NCBI GenBank assembly: GCA_951406725.2 | Contig: OX597824.1 | Coordinates: forward strand, 42,966,001-43,030,000 | Direction: 5' to 3' | Length of the DNA stretch: 64,000 bases | Origin: Octopus vulgaris | Lineage: Eukaryota | In this document: positions 27,631 to 40,689 of the stretch, piece after piece | Layout of the letters: every line of letters begins with the position of its first letter | Position numbering within the stretch: the first letter of the stretch is position 1 | Translations under genes and position numbers: made by a program | Notes under the pieces: generated by a model | Database searches by the model: none | What the model saw: only the letters and a program-made list of their open reading frames with translations | What the model was told of the DNA's origin: nothing

Positions 27631-28164
27631 CTGGCCTGGTTGTGTGGTAAGGAGCCTGCTTCCCAACTACATGATTCCTGTTTAGTTCCACTGCGTGATA
27701 CCTTGAGCGAGTGTATTCTGCTGTAGCCTAGATACGGCCAAAGCCTTTGAAAGAAACGCATCGAATGTGTGTGTATATGTGTGTGTACAAACACACCAAC
27801 ATATGCATACCCACATGTACACATACATAGGGTATGTAACTTTATGTCTGTGTTTGTCCCAGACAGCTTGACACCGCTGTTGGTGTGTTTACGTCACCGT
27901 CAACTAGCGGTTCGGCAAAAGACCGATAGAAAAAGTACCTAACTTAAAAGAAAATAAGTACTGAGGCGCCGATTCATTCTATTAAAAATTTTAGGGCGGT
28001 GCCCCAGCATGGCCCCAGTTGCACAAGTAAAAAAGGCGAATGATAATATATATATATATATCCTTTTATTCTTTCTTTTTTTTTTGCTTGTTTCAGTCAT
28101 TTGATTGCGGCCATGCTGGGGTATTCCAGTTCATTACAGAAAATATAAAAGAAAAGTCTAATTC

Positions 28165-28207
28165 TTCAATTGCATGTAACAAGGGCAACGCCGGGTATCT
28201 CTGCTAG
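28165..28207 (+). mobile_element. Helitron 3'-end remnant
   Basis: gggcaacgccgggtatctctgCTAG|T resembles the 11718-11747 terminus. Confidence 0.55.
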
Positions 28208-28214
28208 TATATAT

Positions 28215-28541
28215 ATATATTTCCAAGAAAGAAGTTGTGAATCCAACCAACTAAGGGATAATATCTATCCAATATACTGCTGGTAGAATACCCAATTATT
28301 AATACACAAGTGTTTTTTATTGCATTGCAATTACATTACCGAGTGTACAAAATTGGTGAGGTTAAAAAGTTATTTTACCATTAATTTATAGAGCAATAAG
28401 GAAATGGAGGGGATCAATAGATGGTTCATCAACTTTTAGACGTTATATTATGTCATTTTAGTAAATAAATAAATTAACATAATATAATGTCTAAAAGTTG
28501 ATGAACCACCTATTGATCCCCTCCATCTTCTTATTGCTCTC
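28215..28541. repeat. (TA)n-adjacent element ending in a hairpin with ~65-bp arms (28389-28541)
   Basis: agagcaataag..ggggatcaatagatggttcatcaacttttagac pairs with gtctaaaagttgatgaaccacctattgatcccc..cttattgctct. There may be a degenerate HHR on the minus strand. Confidence 0.6.
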
Positions 28542-28558
28542 TTTCTCTTTCTCTCTCA

Positions 28559-28607
<49 letters not shown>

Positions 28608-28610
<3 letters not shown>

Positions 28611-28773
28611 CCTCTCCTTGCTTCTCTCCTTGTTTTTTCTGTGTCCCTTTCTGTAGAAGAGCGTAGGCTCGAAACGTAAAAGACTTTTTCTATTCCTGAG
28701 CGTTATACTAATACATCTGTTTGTTTTGTACACCACCTGTCTTCGTCTTTTGTTGCTTTTCGTAAACTCTCCC
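28608..28773 (+). mobile_element. ~165-bp HHR-containing element, family H2, between (TA)n tracts
   Basis: CTTT-CTGTAGA-A-GAGC gtag GCTC-GAAA-CG-TA-AAAG at 28647-28682. Homologues at 30925-31082 and, 3' part only, about 26960-27050. Confidence 0.7.
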
Positions 28774-29445
28774 TATATATATATATACACGACATACGCC
28801 CTTCAATTTCCTTCTACCAAACTATCGAATCCCCTCACAAGGCTTTGGTCAACCTGAGGCTACAGTAGAAGGCACTTACCCAAGGTGCCACACTGTGGGA
28901 CTGAAACCGGAACCCTGTAGTTGGGAAGAAAGCTTCTTAACGCACAGCCAACAGATGTAAGAAGTGGAGAACAACTACGTTTTAAAGTTGTGCGTGTCAT
29001 TGTCATCGTACCTTTTGTTCATGTTGCTGCTGTTGGTGTTGTTGTCGTTACTGATGTCGTTATGGTTGTTAGCAATCTTAATCTATTGTTCTCTTTTTCT
29101 TTTTGTTTGGGTGTCTATTGTATAATGTTTTTATATCGTTTTGTATGTTAATTTATTTATGACGCTCTCTGTGTGAATGCGGGCGCGAACTTGTGTGTGG
29201 GTGCTTGTATGTATGTATGTATGTATGTATGTATGTATGTATGTATGTATGTATGTGCACGTCTCTAGTTATTTGTACTTGTACGTCGAAGTATTCGTAC
29301 GTGTCCATATATGTATATGTGTATATGTTGACGTATGTCTAGATATGTCTAGATGATGCGTAGGTGATTTAGTTGAACGAGAGGTGAATATTGTATACAT
29401 ACGTCAATGTGTGTACTACAGGAGTAGATACACGCACACATACAC

Positions 29446-29500
<55 letters not shown>

Positions 29501-29526
29501 GAGGGGTACAGAAACAGAGAAAGGTG

Positions 29527-29566
<40 letters not shown>

Positions 29567-30177
29567 TGTCTGCGTGTATGTATATGCACACATGTCTACA
29601 TGTATATGCATATATGTTTAATGTACATGGAGATACGTGTGTGCGTGTGTGTGTGTGTGTGTTTGTGTATGTGTGTGTGAATATTTGTGGCACGTATATA
29701 AGTGTGCTCGCGCGGTTCGTGTGTTGATGACGTATGTCGGGAACTGACCAATCTCCGTTTACTTGGTAGTGTTCCATCTCATGAATTCCCCTAGCGGGAC
29801 GGCAACGTTCATTTGTCATTTTGAGTTGTAAATGTTAAAGGAACGATTGTGTCATCTTCTTCATACATACATAGACTTAAAACGTCACCCCCATATATAT
29901 ATGGGGGTGGGATGCGCGTGTATGTGTGTGTGTGTGTGTCTATTATACGGACGCACATTAGTGTGTACATGTACATACATATAGCTGCATCCATATATTA
30001 AACTTATATGCAAGCAATGAAATACACGAATATGTATAAACTTAAGATATGTAGTCACCTAGATACGAACTTATGTGCAAATATATAATCACACCTTCAT
30101 ATATGAATACATACATACGCACAGAGATACACGAACACACTCAGGTATACACACCCATGCATACATCATACATATAT

Positions 30178-30263
<86 letters not shown>

Positions 30264-30469
30264 GCAAACACATACACAAGAGAAAAGGGGATTAAAAGTC
30301 CAGACGAATACTTTTAAAGCACTCTGTAGAAGTCAGTTTGGCTAACTAAATTGACCAGTAAAATCATTGTAATCCAAGTAGTCTATAAAATTCTGCTGCC
30401 TATCCAACTTGTAAATCTAAAGTTCATACACCGAAAAATTATATATAAAACAGTATAGTATAGTAAAGT

Positions 30470-30470
30470 A

Positions 30471-30539
<69 letters not shown>

Positions 30540-30578
30540 GTCTGTCTGTCTATCTATCTATCTGTCTATCTATCTATC

Positions 30579-30609
<31 letters not shown>

Positions 30610-30616
30610 TTGTCTG

Positions 30617-30687
<71 letters not shown>

Positions 30688-30727
30688 GTCTGTCTATCTA
30701 TCTATCTATCTATCTATCTATTTTCTG

Positions 30728-30814
<87 letters not shown>

Positions 30815-30815
30815 G

Positions 30816-30878
<63 letters not shown>

Positions 30879-30897
30879 GTCTGTCTGTCTATCTATC
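30470..30897. repeat. (TATC)n tetranucleotide array (others at 1352-1610, 12213-12541, 57205-57515, 58227-58348, 60270-60466, 60985-61057)
   Basis: Directly visible. Confidence 0.98.
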
Positions 30898-30924
30898 CCC
30901 ATGATTAACCGCTAACGCCAAATT

Positions 30925-31082
30925 TTTTTTTGTTCTCTGTTTATTTCCTTGTATGCCTTTCTGTTGAAAAGCGTAGGTTCGAAACGTAAAATACTTTCTC
31001 ACTTTCCCAAGCGTCAAACCAATACACCTGGTTGTTGTTTATACACCTGCTTTCGTCTTTTGTTTTTTTGTAAATTTCAACT
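30925..31082 (+). mobile_element. Second H2 copy
   Basis: CTTT-CTGTTGA-A-AAGC gtag GTTC-GAAA-CG-TA-AAAT at 30957-30992. The downstream cacctg..ttcgtcttttgtt..gtaaa segment is shared with 28608-28773. Confidence 0.65.
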
Positions 31083-31196
31083 ATATATGCATATATATAT
31101 ACATATAAATACATACACGCACACGCACACACACACGCGCGCGCGTACACACACACACACACGCATGCACACACATTTCTATAATATATATATGTC

Positions 31197-31235
<39 letters not shown>

Positions 31236-31247
31236 GCATATATATAT

Positions 31248-31293
<46 letters not shown>

Positions 31294-31296
<3 letters not shown>

Positions 31297-31495
31297 TAAT
31301 CCAAACATGAAAACACAAAGAGAAAACACAACAACGCGAGGACGTGGAACAAATATAGTATTATTGGACACTCTGGAAGGAAGGGAAGAAGGAGGGTTTT
31401 ACGTTTCGTCAGAAACATAGGAAAAGGAAAGATCCAGAGAAGGGAAGACGGAGGGAAAAAAATCGCCAACGGTACACACGCGGTCACATTTTGAA
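31294..31495 (-). mobile_element. Second H1 copy, HHR with stem II deleted
   Basis: Reverse complement aligns with 24283-24490. Positions 31396-31416 read GTTT-CTGACGA-AACG-TA-AAAC, consistent with a 14-nt deletion between repeated CGA motifs. Confidence 0.7.
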
Positions 31496-31515
31496 TAATA
31501 ATATATTATAGTTTA

Positions 31516-31555
<40 letters not shown>

Positions 31556-31585
31556 TAAACTATAATATATTATACTACACTATAT

Positions 31586-31907
31586 GAAGGTGCGTGGCTT
31601 AGTGATTAGGTATTCGGCTCACGATTGTAAGGATATGAGTTCTATTCCCTGCAGCACGTTATGTTCTTGAGGAAGACACTTTATTTTACGTTGCTCCAAT
31701 CAACTAGGTTGTCAAAAATGAGTAGTACCTATATTTCAAAGGGGCAGTCTTGCCGCATTCTGTGTCACGCTGGATCTCCCTGAAAACTGCATTAAGTATA
31801 CGCAGAGTTTGTAGAATGCTCAACCACTTACACGCTTAATTTCACGGGCAGGTTGTTCTGTTGATCAGATCAACTGGAACACTCACCGTCGTAACCGACG
31901 GTGTGCC
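31586..31907 (+). mobile_element. Family-D tRNA-derived SINE. Other copies at 1838-2150 (minus) and a related element at 3886-4490 (minus)
   Basis: gcgtggcttagtg.ttag head, ttgag(c/g)aagacactttattt core, and tcaactggaac.ctc..cgt..taaccgac.gagtgcca tail. Confidence 0.85.
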
Positions 31908-32663
31908 ATACATACATGTATTGTTTGAAGCACAACGCTAATATTCTTCGAAAGACAGATACACAGTTGATCAAGAAATGATCCTATTATACTGATTGTT
32001 CCCTTGTCAGTTCTTCCTTGCTCGTATGGTTTTACTTCTCCGTTGTCTACCTGCAACAACTTGCTTACCCCACATAATGGAAGGGATTTATTTAAATAAT
32101 GGGTTTTCATGCTGATGACAATGTTAGACAAAGCATACGTGGAAATCCAATGAGAGTAAAGGATAGGGCATAAAAATTGAAACTGTGTATTGCTCTATAA
32201 ACCACGTTCATTCCTATTTAGCCCACAGCGAGGCTTTTTAATTGGGACTACTTTCTTGTGAACCCTAGAATATTGTGAATCATTTAGTTTGACTTTTTAA
32301 ATGTTTTGCCAGAATGCCAGCAAGTATTTATAAAGTTCTATTGGTAAATTATATGCAGATTCTGAGAGGTTGTGGTGGCATTTGTTGTTTTCGCGGTTTA
32401 TTAGATCAGATCTACCCTGACGATCCGTCCTACGTTTAAAGCAACCCAGTCGTGACCATCCAGTGTATTTCCCATGTGCAAGGAACCCACTACAAAATTA
32501 TATGTGTTCATTTTTCTGACGGTATGGTATGACTGGGGTCAGATATGACATTTAAACTCTAGAAGATTAGTAACCGCGTAGAGGCACACTCGGCGACTCG
32601 AATTGCTGCCAAGGTTTTATGCATCTTGCCACTCATAAACACATGCACACCTCTACCCCACCC

Positions 32664-32696
<33 letters not shown>

Positions 32697-32699
<3 letters not shown>

Positions 32700-33040
32700 T
32701 TTTTGGATTTGGTTTGCAAGATTCTTTATATGAGTTCGTGTGTTGAAGCATATTCTGTTGTGTCTGGGGAGAGTCATTCTCTTTTAGTACCTTATTATCT
32801 AACACACTCACCGGTAAAATTTCCACTTATTTCTTATTTTTATTTTCCTAAAATGTTCGTTGCATCTTCCAACCTTTTCAATAGTCTTGACTCTCAGAGT
32901 CAAGACTATTGAAAAGGTTGCAAGACGCAACGAAAATTTTAGGAAAATAAAAATAAGAAATAAGTGGAAATTTTACCGGTGAGTGTGTTAAATAATAAGG
33001 TACTAAAAGAGAATGACTCTCCCCAGACACAGCAGTATAT
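32697..33040. mobile_element. Fold-back element with 145-bp arms centred on 32895 and inverted U3-A8 HHR motifs, in (TA)n
   Basis: Arms 32750-32894 and 32896-33040 are nearly perfect. Plus 32906-32942 reads CTA-TTGAAAA-G-GTTGC aagac GCAAC-GAAA-AT-TT-TAG. The left copy has a ~50-nt extra tail. Confidence 0.7.
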
Positions 33041-33309
33041 ATATATATCGTTTATCATCTTCATCTTTCACTTGTTTCCGCCATTAGGTTGCTGCCATAT
33101 TGGGGCACCACCTTGTAGAATTTTAGCCGAATAAATCGACCCCAGTACTTACTAATATTTTCAAACCTGGTACTTATTATATCGGTCTCAGCAACAGAAC
33201 CGCTAGTTTACGGGGACGTAAGTGCACCAACATCTGTGATGGTGAGGGGGCCAAACAAGCACAAACTCACACATACACGCACACGCACACACACACACAT
33301 ACACACACG

Positions 33310-33343
<34 letters not shown>

Positions 33344-33419
33344 CAGACATACATTTATGTCCCCACAAGTTTCGTATTTCTACATAATGGTCATTGTGAT
33401 CAAAAGAAAAGGACAAACA

Positions 33420-33606
33420 TCCGAAATATATTCTTCCGGCATTACGTTACGAGTTCAAATTCCGTTAAAAAGTGGGCTTTATCTCTCATCCTTCTATTTT
33501 TTCGAGGTCGATGAATGAAGTACCGCTTGAGCACTGAGGCCGTTGTAATTGGCTAACACCCCCCTTAAAAAGTTTCAAGCCTTTTGCCTATAACTGAAAG
33601 GGTTAT

Positions 33607-33674
<68 letters not shown>

Positions 33675-34056
33675 GAAGAAGAAAGGCGGCGTGCTGGCGA
33701 AATGCGTAGCCGTATTTCGTCTGCCGTTACGTTCTGAGTTCAAATTCCGCCGAGGTCGACTTTGCCTTTCATCCTTTCGGGGTCGATAAATTAAGTACCA
33801 GTTACGCACTGGGGTCGTTGTAATCGACTTAATCCCTTTGTCTGTCCTTGTTTGTCCTCTGTGTTTAGCCCTTTGCGGGTAGTAACGATATAGGTATTTC
33901 ATATATCTTCACGTTCTCAGTTCAAATTCTGTCGAGGTCGCCTTTGCTTTTCATCCTTTCGAAAACACTCGGGTCGATGAAATCAACTTACTCCCTCCCC
34001 AAATTTTCAGGCCTTGTGCCTTTAGTAGAAAGGATTATTATTATTATTATTATTAT

Positions 34057-34094
<38 letters not shown>

Positions 34095-34972
34095 TGAAGG
34101 CGGCTAGCTGACAGAATGGTTAGTACACCGGGCGATATGCTTAGCAGTATTTCGTCTGTGTTTACACTCTGAGTTCAAATCCTGCTGAAAACGACTCTGC
34201 CTTTTATCCTTTCAAGGTCGATAAAATAAGTACCAGTTGAACACTGGCATCGACTACATCGACTATCCCCTTAACCCAAAACTTTAGGCCCTTTGCCTAT
34301 AGCAGAATGGATTATTATTATTATTATTATGAAGGCGATGAGTCGGCAGAATCCTTAGCATACGAGGCAAATTGCTAAGCGGCATTTCGTCCGTCTTTAC
34401 GTCGTCCTCAGTTTAAATTCCGCCAAGGTCGACTTCCCCTTTCACCCTTTCGGGGTCAATGAGATAAGTACCAGTTCAACACTGGAATTGACATAGACGA
34501 TTTACCCCTCCCCCAAATTTCAGGCTTTGTGCCTTCACTAGAAAGGATTATTAATATTATTAATCATTAGCACGCTGAACAAAATGCTTAGTGATGTTTA
34601 GTCCGGCTTGACGTCCTGAGTTCAAATTGTTCAAATTCCGCCGAGGTCTACTTTAACTTTCATCGTTTTGGGTATCGATGAAATAAGTACCAGCTGAGCA
34701 ATAGAGCCAATGTAATTTACTCGCACACCCCCCTCAACATTTCAGGTCTTGTACCTACTATAAAAAGGTTTATTAAGGCGTTGAGTTGTAGAATTGTTAG
34801 TGCGCATTTCTTAAGACTTTACGTTCATAGTTCAAATTCCGCCGAGGTAAATTTTGCCTTTCATGTTTTCAGGGTCGCTGAAATAAGTATTGGTTGAGTA
34901 CTGGTGTTGATGTAATCCACCAGCCCCCTCCACCCAAACTTTAGGCCTTATGCCTGTAATAGAAAGAATGAT
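33420..34972 (+). mobile_element. Head-to-tail cluster of about 6-7 family-A SINEs separated by (TTA)/(TAG)n
   Basis: Repeated aaggcg..gcagaa heads near 33684, 34097, 34331 and 34776, with tails ending agaaaggattatt. Confidence 0.88.
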
Positions 34973-35214
34973 AATTATTTCTATCATCGTTATTATCAAT
35001 ACAATGGTTAAATAGACAATCCCACCTGGATCCTTTCAAATCAATTTGGAAATGAATGATAAAATAGTAAGTGCGAATATATAATACAGGCTATGTTAAT
35101 GGCCTCTTATACAACGATAACACAACGAGCAGAAATATCTGCAAGCATTTTCATCACGTCAGAAACATAACACAGTTGTTTGCAGCTACTTTTTCTCTAC
35201 ATTTAGTTTATGTC

Positions 35215-35253
<39 letters not shown>

Positions 35254-36714
35254 ATGTTTTTCTTTTTATATTGTCAGCCAACGCTTCATTCCTTCTTGTA
35301 AATTGCTTTCTTCGGCTCATTTAATACATATTCCTTATCAACCATTTAACATTCTGATAGTAAGGATTATGGAGAGCCGTACACTTAACATTTGCTGCAC
35401 AGATTAAGCAGAAATTTCGCAGTATTTTAATTTGATTATTTATTTGTTTATTTGTTTATTTATTACCATCTTTATTTATCATGAATTAGAGGAAAGAGGA
35501 TCAGCAGAAAGTATTGCAGTGACGGCAGAATCAGCAGAATGCCTAACAAAATACTTAGACACATTCCGTTACGTGCATTTTCATTCTGAGTTCAAATCCC
35601 TTAGTTTTCGATTAATCTCCGACGGATGACTATGCTAAACGTCTGAGGATGGAGACGGATGCAGTGGATGGCCGAGATGTCTTACTTGCCTCATCTTTCT
35701 CTCTGCACACCACAATGCGTTGCCTGCAACGGCCTTATCTTCCGTTGAACCATGGAGGTTCCTGCTGCAGAGTCCGCGAAAAATTAATTCAGTCTCTAGT
35801 GACTGAGCGAATTTTATTGACACTCGGAAATATGAAAGGCAGAATTTGTCTCTTAGCAGGACTTGAACGCAGAAGACAAATAAAAAAATTGCATGCAACT
35901 AAACATCGTTGGCATTTTTTCTGACGCTCCAACAATTTTGCTTTATATGTCATCATACCGAAGTCATTAAACTAATTAATATCCAGCTTCTGTTGATCTC
36001 TGTATTCGACGATACACGCCTTACTAAAATATGTGATGTTATAAATCATTAAGATTCATCTGTTCCCAACACACTCTGCCGTGGCAGATCATGCGTAGGC
36101 ACGTGCTGCGGCGGAAACACCGACAGCGATGTCAAGGGAGTGAGAATATTTTGTCGCCTTTTGTGCAGCAACGTTTCTCTTCAGCACGGCTCTTTAATGG
36201 AGACGTAGTCTTGAGCCAAACGATAAACAAAACTTGGAACCTGGAATCAGCTCTTTATTAGCTGTGCATTCTATGCTGGTGGGTATGAGTGACAGCATTA
36301 TCAAGAAAAGTATAACGAAAATCAGTAGCCTGCGCTGTTTCTGAGGTCATTGTGTCCGAAACTATGAATAATTTTCAGAAATTCCCGACTTGGTTACGTC
36401 TGGTCATACATTTTGTTACTTGTTCATGTAGTAATGTGCCAAAGAAAAGAAATCCTGATAATAGAATATTTACAGAATAACACAGAGAATCTACTAAAGA
36501 CAGTGAATAAGGAACAGGTGATTAAGAGGACAAGAATAAAATTCAAAGGGAGCACGTTAAATTGAAGATAAACTTTTGCATGCTCAATTTTAGAAAGCCA
36601 CAGAAGATGTATGTGGAACAGAATCCTGGGCTTGGTTAGAAAAAGGGAAATTAAATTTTTTTTAAAAGTCAGAGAACCTAATTGTAGTAACTCAAGATCA
36701 AGCGATAAAAAAAA

Positions 36715-37140
36715 AACTTGAGAAAAAATGTACATGGGGAGAACGACACAGTGGCACACATTGTCGCAGAATGTCTCAAGCTGGTACAGGAAGAATATAA
36801 GAAATGAAGGCACGACCAGGTTGTAAACGTTTTACACAGGGAACTTTGCCAAAAATGGGGGTTTGGAGCTGGAAACACAGTTTGGAGCTCGAAAGAGGGT
36901 TGGAGTCGGAGAAATGTAAAATTTTGTGGGACAAGAAATTAGAAAATAATAGACCAGACATAACAATACTTGACAAGTAAAAAAGCGAAGTTGCTTAATG
37001 ATCGATCCTTCATGTCCGTTTGATTCTAGGATAGTAAAGAAAGAGGACGAAAGACAAAAATAAAAATACAATCCCTTAAAATTTGAAATTGCAAAGACTT
37101 GAAGTTTGAAAAGTATAAAACTTATGTCTATAATAATTGG
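36715..37140 (+). mobile_element. Decayed R4/Dong-type RLE fragment
   Basis: Frameshifted HIVAECLKLVQEEYK..RHDQV, CKILWD, NNRPDITILD, CLMIDPSCPFDSRIVKKE motifs. Confidence 0.75.
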
Positions 37141-37309
37141 AGAATTGGGAACAGTGAGCAAGGATATAGACAAATGGTTGAAGGAGATTGGAATATAATT
37201 CCAGTAGAACAACTCTTATTCAAGGACCTTTTGAGTGGGATGGCTATTCGATCTGAAGAAAATTCTAACTGCGAGGTCATCCGTTGTTTATCTTGATCTG
37301 AGATCACTA

Positions 37310-37485
37310 TGTAGCGCACATATGGTTATGATGCATGTGCCTGGTGTACCCTTACGAAACGGGTAGTCATGATAGGTATATTGGGCTTCGTATATTTTAC
37401 CCCAGTGACATGATAGGTATACTGGGCTTCGTATATTTTACCCCAGTAGTCATTTTACCCATGCACTGCTTTCTCAATAATGATA
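37310..37485 (+). repeat. LINE-type 3' end with a 39-bp tandem duplication and TAA tail; the same terminus occurs as a ~35-nt stub at 40467-40503
   Basis: catgataggtata(c/t)tgggcttcgtatattttaccccagt occurs twice. The end catgcactgct(t/c)tct..caataat is shared with 40467-40505. Confidence 0.55.
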
Positions 37486-37693
37486 ATCACTTCTACTTCA
37501 GGCACACGGCCTGACATTTGGGGGAGGGGGATAGTCGATTACATCGACCCCAGTACTCAACTGGTACTTATTTTATCGACCCCGAAAGGATAAATTTGAA
37601 TTCGGTGGAATTTGAACTCAGAACACGAAGACAGACGAAATATCAATAAGCACTCTATCCGGTGTACCAACGATTCGGTCGGATCACCGCCTA

Positions 37694-37920
<227 letters not shown>

Positions 37921-40070
37921 GGCATTTACTGCAGTGATATCACAAAGGCTGAACAAGCACCTGGACGAAAACAAACTGTTCCCAGAAGAGCAGAAAGGAT
38001 GCCGCAAAGGCTCATATGGCTGTAAAGATCAACTAATGATTAATAAAGCCATAACTGAAGACAGCCACAGAAAGAAGAAAGGCCTCAGTATGGCCTGGAT
38101 TGACTACAAAAAGGCGTTTGATAGCATCCCCCACACATGGATCCTCGAAACACTAGCCATTAACAAAGTAGCACCAACAATCATAAAATTCATAGAGCAC
38201 TCTATGAATAAATGGCAAACAGTCCTACACCTCCAAACAAAAGAGGGACTCATGAAAACCAAAGACATCCCCATTAGAAGAGGAATATTCCAGGGAGATA
38301 CGCTCTCTCCACTCCTTTTCTGCTTGGCACTGTCACCTCTATCTGATATGCTAAATAGAACTGGATGCGGATATAAATGTTACGGCAAAACGATCAGCCA
38401 CCTTTTATATATGGATGACCTAAAACTATACGCTGCAAATGACAAACAGCTGGAAACACTATTAAAGACAGTTCATGGATTTACCAAAGAAATAGATATG
38501 AAATTTGGATTAGAAAAATGCGCCAAAGTAACCATGAAAAGAGGAAAACTAGTTAAGAGTAACAACATCACACTAGATGAAGCAAATGAAATAAAAGAAT
38601 TAGACCAAAGCCAAACTTACAAATACTTAGGAATCCATGAACTAGATAAGACACAACACACACAAATGAAAGAGAAAATAAAAAAAGAATATTATAGACG
38701 AGTTAGATCAATACTAAACACAGAGCTCAATGCTAAAAACAAGATAATAGGTATCAACACTTTAGCTGTCCCAGTTATAAGTTACAGCTACAATATCCTT
38801 AACTGGACACGAAATGAACTGACCAAAATAGACAGGAAAACAAGAAAAATAATGACAGGATCTAGGATGCATCACCCAAAATCTGACATAGAAAGACTAT
38901 ATATACAACGTATAGAAGGTGGTAGAGGCCTTACACAGCTGGAAAACTACTATAAAATAACCACCATAGGACTGCAAAAATATCTACTTCAGAAGGAAGG
39001 AAAACTGATCCAGATAGCGGCAAAACACGAGCAAAACAAAAAACTGTTCTCAGTATTTAAGGAAGCTGACAAATACAAACAAGAAATCATACCACCTAAT
39101 AAACATGAAGAAGAAGAAGAAGATGAAGAAACAACAAAAGCTATAAAAAAAATGAAATCCAAACTAAAAATAGAACAGCAACGAACCATGATAAAACGAT
39201 GGCAAGAAAAGCCCCTTCATGGTAAATACTGCACTAAACTAAACGCAAAAGAAATAGACAAAGAAAAATCCCAGCAATGGTTGAGAAGCTCAGGACTCAA
39301 AGCAGAGACAGAGGGATTTTTAATTGCAGCACAAGACCAAAGCCTCCCCACCAGAAATTACCAAAAACATGTAATGAAAAGAAATATTACAAGTAACTGC
39401 AGAATATGTGGAGATGGACAAGAAACAATAAATCATATTATCTCTAGCTGCCCAGTCCTGGCTAAGAAGGAATATATTCACAGACATGACAGAGTTGGAA
39501 CTTACATACATTGGAAGCTATGCCAACATTATGGAATAACAACAGAAAAAAGATGGTATAGGCACACACCAGAAAAGGTCACAGAAAACGAGAAAGCAAC
39601 CATACTCTGGGATATGCCGATACACACAGATAGAGAAATTAAGGCCAACAGACCAGATATAGTTGTCAGAGACCATGAAGAAAAAAATGCTTTCTAATTG
39701 ATGTATCAGTACCGGCAGATGACAACGTGTCTCTAAAAGAAATGGAGAAACTCTCAAAATACAAAGACCTGGAAATAGAGGTAACTAGAATGTGGAATCT
39801 GAAAACAGAAACAATTCCTATCATAGTAGGTGCATTAGGCATGATAAAAAAATATTCAGACAAATACATAACAAAAACACCAGGACTTACAAACACATAT
39901 AACATACAGAAAATTGCACTACTAGGCACTGCACACATCCTACGCAGAACACTTTCCATACAATAACCATCAGAGCATCACAACAAATCACAGCACATAC
40001 CCAAGGCACACAGAGCTGCGCTCGGTAGTGAAGTGAAAGCACGCTATAAAAATAAAAATAAAACTACTGA
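37921..40070 (+). mobile_element. R4/Dong-clade non-LTR retrotransposon (RT + restriction-like endonuclease), 5'-truncated, inserted in (TAA)n
   Basis: The ORF starts abruptly after the (TAA)n tract at 37694-37920. A ~100-nt 3' UTR runs into (TAA)n. Dong elements are known TAA-repeat specialists. Confidence 0.93.
37922..39966 (+). pseudogene. Reverse transcriptase, CCHC zinc knuckle and RLE endonuclease, with one frameshift at the A-run 39681-39687
   Basis: Motifs EEQKGC, WIDYKKAFDSIPH, GIFQGDTLSPLLF, LYMDDLK, YKYLG, GGRGL, CRICGDGQETINHIISSC, HRHD and NRPDIV. Restoring one A joins CFLIDVSVP..EKLSKYKDL..PIIVGALG..LLGTAHILRRTL*. Confidence 0.92.
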
Positions 40071-40103
40071 ATAATAATAATAATAATGATGATGATGATG
40101 ATG

Positions 40104-40184
<81 letters not shown>

Positions 40185-40382
40185 TTAATAATAATAATAA
40201 TAGTTTCAAGTTTTTCCCCAAGAGCAGTAATTTTTGGGGAAGGGTCGATTACACTGAGCTCAGTGTTCAACTGGTATTTTTTTTATCGACCCGGAATGGA
40301 TGAACGGCAAAGTCGACTTCAGCGGAATTTGAACTGCTAAGCATTTAATCCGGTGTGCTAACGAGTTTGCCGGCTCGCCACT

Positions 40383-40461
<79 letters not shown>

Positions 40462-40570
40462 TAATAGTGTCACTTTGTTGGCATGCACTGCTCTCTCACT
40501 CAATAATAATAATAACAATAATAATAATAATAATAATAATAATTATTATTATTATTATTATTATTATTAA

Positions 40571-40643
<73 letters not shown>

Positions 40644-40689
40644 ATTATTATTATTATTACAACAACAACAATAATAATAGCAACAACAA

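Noticed and set aside
31883-32131. Possible Penelope RT remnant (LCICLSKN)
   Set aside because: No diagnostic motif is recoverable by eye.
33420-34972. Regular repeat-spacer pattern resembling CRISPR or a tRNA array
   Set aside because: Units are ~200-bp diverged SINEs with microsatellite spacers in a eukaryotic context. There are no cas genes and no complete cloverleaf.
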